DNA of 7,332 nucleotides from a virus (Duplodnaviria; Heunggongvirae; Uroviricota; Caudoviricetes): IMG/VR virus record IMGVR_UViG_3300022692_000022; one strand, 5' to 3'. Shown piece by piece: positions 5,559 to 7,332 of this stretch (position 1 is its first letter; each line of letters starts with the position of its first letter). The notes under the pieces were generated by a model. It saw only the letters and a program-made list of their open reading frames with translations, ran no database searches and was not told where the DNA came from. The position numbers and the translations under genes were made by a program.

Positions 5559-5780
5559 ATGGCAAAGATCCGATATCTGCAGGGCACGCATGATGCCCGG
5601 GCCGGGGATATCCGTGATGTGGCACAGCCGTGTGCGGAGGTGCTGGTTCGCCTGGGAAAGGCGGAGTACATCACGGTGCGACGTCCGGCAGGTCAGAAAA
5701 AGAAACGTGATGCGGAGCATGGCGAATGTGGAACCTTTTACGGCGAACCCGAAAAAACCAGAAATCAGGACGTGACGTAA
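5559..5780 (+). CDS. Small hypothetical protein between the capsid and portal genes
   Basis: 73-codon ORF. The first ~45 residues look protein-like (MAKIRYLQGTHDARAGDIRDVAQPCAEVLVRLGKAEYITV) and the C-terminus is basic and low-complexity. It overlaps the predicted portal start by 55 nt in a different frame. It is preceded by the SD/hairpin element. I do not recognise the family. Confidence 0.4.
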   Translation: MAKIRYLQGTHDARAGDIRDVAQPCAEVLVRLGKAEYITVRRPAGQKKKRDAEHGECGTFYGEPEKTRNQDVT

Positions 5781-7332
5781 GAGAGGCGGGCTGGACCAGC
5801 CTGTTTCAGGCGGTGGCTGAGCCCTTTTCCGGCGCCTGGCAGCAGGGCGTGAAAGCCGATCCTGAAGCCGTCCTCTCCTTTCATGCGGTGTTTGCATGTA
5901 TTTCGCTGATATCCCAGGATATCGCCAAAATGCGGCTGCGTCTTATGCAGACGGATGCGCATGGGATACGCAGGGAAACGCGCCGGGGGGATATTGCCCG
6001 CCTCTGTCGTCGCCCCAATGCGCAGCAGAACCGCATTCAGTTTTTTGAACTGTGGCTGAACGCCAAACTGCGTCACGGCAATACGGTGGTGCTGAAAATC
6101 CGTAATGCCCGGGGGCAGATCAAAGAACTGCGTATTCTGGACTGGAACCGGGTTGAACCTCTGGTGGCGGATGACGGCGAGGTGTTCTACCGCATCACGC
6201 CGGACCGGAACTGTGGGATCACTGAGGCGGTGACGGTGCCTGCCCGGGAAGTGATCCACGATCGGTTTAACTGTTTTTTTCATCCGCTTATAGGGTTGCC
6301 GCCGGTGTATGCCGCCGGGCTGGCGGCCACGCAGGGGCATCATATTCAGGAAAATTCGACGTCTTTTTTCAGAAATGGCGGCAGGCCGTCCGGGGTGATT
6401 GAGATCCCCGGCAGTATTACGGAAGAAAATGCGAAAAAACTGAAGAGCAACTGGGACAGCGGGTATACAGGCGAAAATGCGGGGAAAACGGCCATTCTGA
6501 GCAACGGGGCAAAATACAACCCCACGACGTTTTCACCGGTGGATTCGCAGACGGTGGAACAACTGAAGATGACCGCTGAAATTGTCTGTTCGGTGTTCCG
6601 TGTCCCGGCCTACAAGATTGGCGTGGGACAACCGCCTTCCAGTGACAACGTGGAGGCGCTGGAGCAGCAGTATTATTCCCAGTGCCTGCAGACGCTGATT
6701 GAGTCCATTGAACTGTTACTGGATGAGGCGCTGGAAACGGGGGAAAACGAGAGTACGGAATTTGATGTCACCACGCTGCTGAGAATGGACAGTGAGCGGC
6801 GCATGAAAACGCTGGGGGATGCGGTGAAAAATACGCTTCTCACGCCCAATGAGGCCCGTAAACGGGAGAACCTGCCGCCCCTGGCCGGCGGTGATGCACT
6901 GTATCTTCAGCAGCAGAACTACAGTCTGGAGGCGCTGTCCCGTCGTGATGCCCGTGAAGATCCGTTCGCGTCGACCGGGAAAACGGCCTTAGCGCAACCG
7001 CCTGACGGCGCATCTGACGGTAATAAGGCAATCAGTGAAACAGAGCATGATGCGGTGAAAGCGATGTTCAGGGGGGATACTGCGAAAATGACGGAACGGG
7101 AACTGTCCATTATCCGTGCGCTGGGTGAAGAATTTTCCGCAGTGCTGGCGGATTTACAGCGCACATTTGAGGGGAAAATAGCCGCGCAGGCACAAACGTT
7201 TGAAGAAAAACTGGCTTCCCTGTCTGTGGTATTACAGAAGTGCGTGACGGGCGATGATGTGCGTCCGATGCTTGAGCAGATGGTGAAGGAGGCGGTAAGC
7301 CATATCCCTGTTCCGCGTGACGGTCGTGACTA
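5726..7332 (+). CDS. Portal protein (HK97-family-like), 3' end beyond the window
   Basis: Open frame from a stop at 5708-5710 to the window end, not in the ORF track because it has no stop in the window. First ATG is 5726, with GGAG 8 nt upstream. The N-terminus MWNLLRRTRKNQKSG...AVLSFHAVFACISLISQDIAKMRLRL, the middle FFRNGGRPSGVIEIPG and TAEIVCSVFRVPAYKIG, and the late motif TPNEARKRENLPPLAGGD match the portal pattern from memory. About 145 further helix-prone codons follow the GGD motif without a stop. The start codon is uncertain; ATG 5930 and 5945 are alternatives. Confidence 0.82.
   Translation, partial: MWNLLRRTRKNQKSGRDVREAGWTSLFQAVAEPFSGAWQQGVKADPEAVLSFHAVFACISLISQDIAKMRLRLMQTDAHGIRRETRRGDIARLCRRPNAQQNRIQFFELWLNAKLRHGNTVVLKIRNARGQIKELRILDWNRVEPLVADDGEVFYRITPDRNCGITEAVTVPAREVIHDRFNCFFHPLIGLPPVYAAGLAATQGHHIQENSTSFFRNGGRPSGVIEIPGSITEENAKKLKSNWDSGYTGENAGKTAILSNGAKYNPTTFSPVDSQTVEQLKMTAEIVCSVFRVPAYKIGVGQPPSSDNVEALEQQYYSQCLQTLIESIELLLDEALETGENESTEFDVTTLLRMDSERRMKTLGDAVKNTLLTPNEARKRENLPPLAGGDALYLQQQNYSLEALSRRDAREDPFASTGKTALAQPPDGASDGNKAISETEHDAVKAMFRGDTAKMTERELSIIRALGEEFSAVLADLQRTFEGKIAAQAQTFEEKLASLSVVLQKCVTGDDVRPMLEQMVKEAVSHIPVPRDGRD

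Noticed and set aside
5490-6343. Antisense ORFs 5490-5897 and 5765-6343 and + strand ORF 5590-5775 in the portal region
   Set aside because: They are antisense or out of frame to the portal ORF, which carries conserved portal motifs. Their composition is not protein-like.

Overview
This window reads as the DNA-packaging and head-morphogenesis module of an HK97-like cos-type tailed phage or capsid-forming satellite from a Gram-negative (enterobacterial-like) host, preceded by a short AT-richer accessory segment. All calls come from reading the sequence and the supplied ORF translations; no database search was run. On the + strand, in order: a small lipoprotein with a TonB C-terminal-like domain (220-552), an HNH endonuclease (926-1291), a 288-bp intergenic region carrying a dense array of GTTAAC-centred palindromes and repeats (1382-1509), a P27-type terminase small subunit (1580-2143), a terminase large subunit (2140-3513) interrupted by a 100-N assembly gap, a single ORF fusing a prohead protease to an HK97-fold major capsid protein (3577-5514), a small unknown ORF (5559-5780), and a portal protein running off the 3' end (5726 to >7332). 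One - strand gene encodes a small ribbon-helix-helix-like protein (684-884), divergent from the HNH gene. No tRNA, rRNA, CRISPR array, integrase or IS element is visible. The points most worth follow-up are the GTTAAC repeat array (candidate cos/terminase recognition region), the protease-capsid fusion with an in-frame internal ribosome-binding site, the Shine-Dalgarno/hairpin/ATG arrangement after the capsid gene, the TonB-C lipoprotein as a possible superinfection-exclusion moron, and the unusual gene order with portal downstream of capsid.
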